Assembly: GCA_023213395.1 (NCBI GenBank)
Contig: CM041465.1
Coordinates: 96,417,741 to 96,481,740, forward strand
Origin: Cycas panzhihuaensis
Lineage: Eukaryota; Plantae; Cycadophyta
Length of the DNA stretch: 64,000 nucleotides
Direction: 5' to 3'
Shown in pieces: positions 62,920 to 64,000 of this stretch. Within the stretch, counting starts at the first letter, position 1. The number at the start of each line of letters is the position of its first letter. Below the pieces are notes generated by a model, which saw only the letters and a program-made list of their open reading frames with translations, had not been told where the DNA came from and did no database searches. Position numbers and translations under genes: made by a program.

Positions 62920-64000
62920 CAAACACTTGTATGGCTTGAGTCGACTTTTGTTGACCAATTTGGTCAGTAAATTACCATCTAGTTATCTGAGTTGGACAAC
63001 CCCATTTTGCCAAATCCACTCGACCTTATATTGTCCTAGCCACTTGAGCTTCATCATTTTAGGTTTCGTACATAATTTATTGTCCTAGAGAAGCACTAAG
63101 TCTTCTTCTTGTAATTCGGGTTTTTTCGTGTGCTTTTCATGTCAGGCTTTCCTTCTTGTCTTTTCTGCCTTTATTTTCCAAAGTGCTTGAGCTCGTCGCT
63201 TATCTGATTTCATCAATTCCATAAGTCTTTGGTCCCTGGATTTTTTGTTCATTCAACCTCAGCTATTCTCAAGCTTTCTACTTCAAACTCTATTAGAACC
63301 ATCGCTTCAAGGCCATAGACCAACTGAAATGTGTTTGCTTGTGTGGCCTTTTTTGTGTCATCCTATTTTCCTATAAAACCAAATGCAATTTCTTTGCCCA
63401 ATCAGTTCTATCCATATTAATATTCATTAGAGCAATTTTCAAAATTTTGTTTGTGCTCTCTACTTGCCCCTTTGCTCTTGGGTAGTAGGGGAAAGACTTT
63501 CTATGCTATATCAAAAATTTTGATGTTAGATGTTTGATTATATTTAAAATGCCTACCACCTTGGTTTGACATGATTTCAAGTGGACATCTAGATTAGATA
63601 ATTATCATCTCATAGATGAATCAAGTTGTACTTTGGGCATCACAGTTTTCATGGCTTTTGCTTTAGTCCACTTCGTCGTAAAATCTGTAGCAACAAAAAT
63701 GTACCTTGCATTTGTGTGCCTACTTGGAGGACTTATTGAACCTATAAAGTCTAGTCCCTATTTTTTAAATGGGGCTTAAACCATAATTGGTTGCAGAGGC
63801 ATGAAGTGTTGCTTACTTGGTTTTCCCACTCGTTGGCATACGTTGTAGGTTTTCACCCATTTGTCCATGTCTTCAAACAAAGTGGGCCACCATAGCCCTA
63901 CCAATAGAATTTTCCTTGTAGTACTTTTAGCCCCCTGATGTCTAGTTGTAATACCCTCATGAACTTCTTTCAACTATTGCTTCTACCTCATGCTCCAAGA
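62920..64000 (-). pseudogene. Integrase of a non-chromovirus Ty3/gypsy element (continues right of the window)
   Basis: EVHEG..H..GLWWPTLFED..CQRVGKP; GLDFIG..ATDFTTKWTKA; KLKWLGQY..LDG..LVNKSRLKPY. Confidence 0.9.

Overview
AT-rich plant nuclear DNA, probably from a large-genome non-flowering seed plant (inferred from the element types and the SS-motif-rich PPR). Many premature TAG/TAA/TGA stops are consistent with methyl-C deamination. Only one intact host gene is visible: an intronless PLS-class PPR-E1-E2-DYW RNA-editing factor (43320-45254, +). The rest is mostly nested LTR retrotransposons. Left nest: a Tat-like relic (Tat-1) holds a chromovirus (5785-38685, TSD ATTTG). The chromovirus RT is split by Tat-2 (8631-35098, TSD ATGCC/ATACC), and the Tat-2 5' LTR holds an inverted, 5'-truncated Tat-3 (10721-21078). 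Right side: copia fragments, two TSD-bounded defective copia elements and a non-chromovirus gypsy 3' end. The most notable system is a 3' accessory cassette conserved in Tat-2 and Tat-3. After integrase comes an antisense, three-exon plant-mobile-domain (PMD)/coiled-coil gene, placed head-to-head with a stand-alone archaeal-type RNase H ORF removed from pol. CG-rich ACCGCGGT-type palindromes cluster in both the LTR and the first PMD intron. Alignments and translations outside the supplied ORF track were done by eye.
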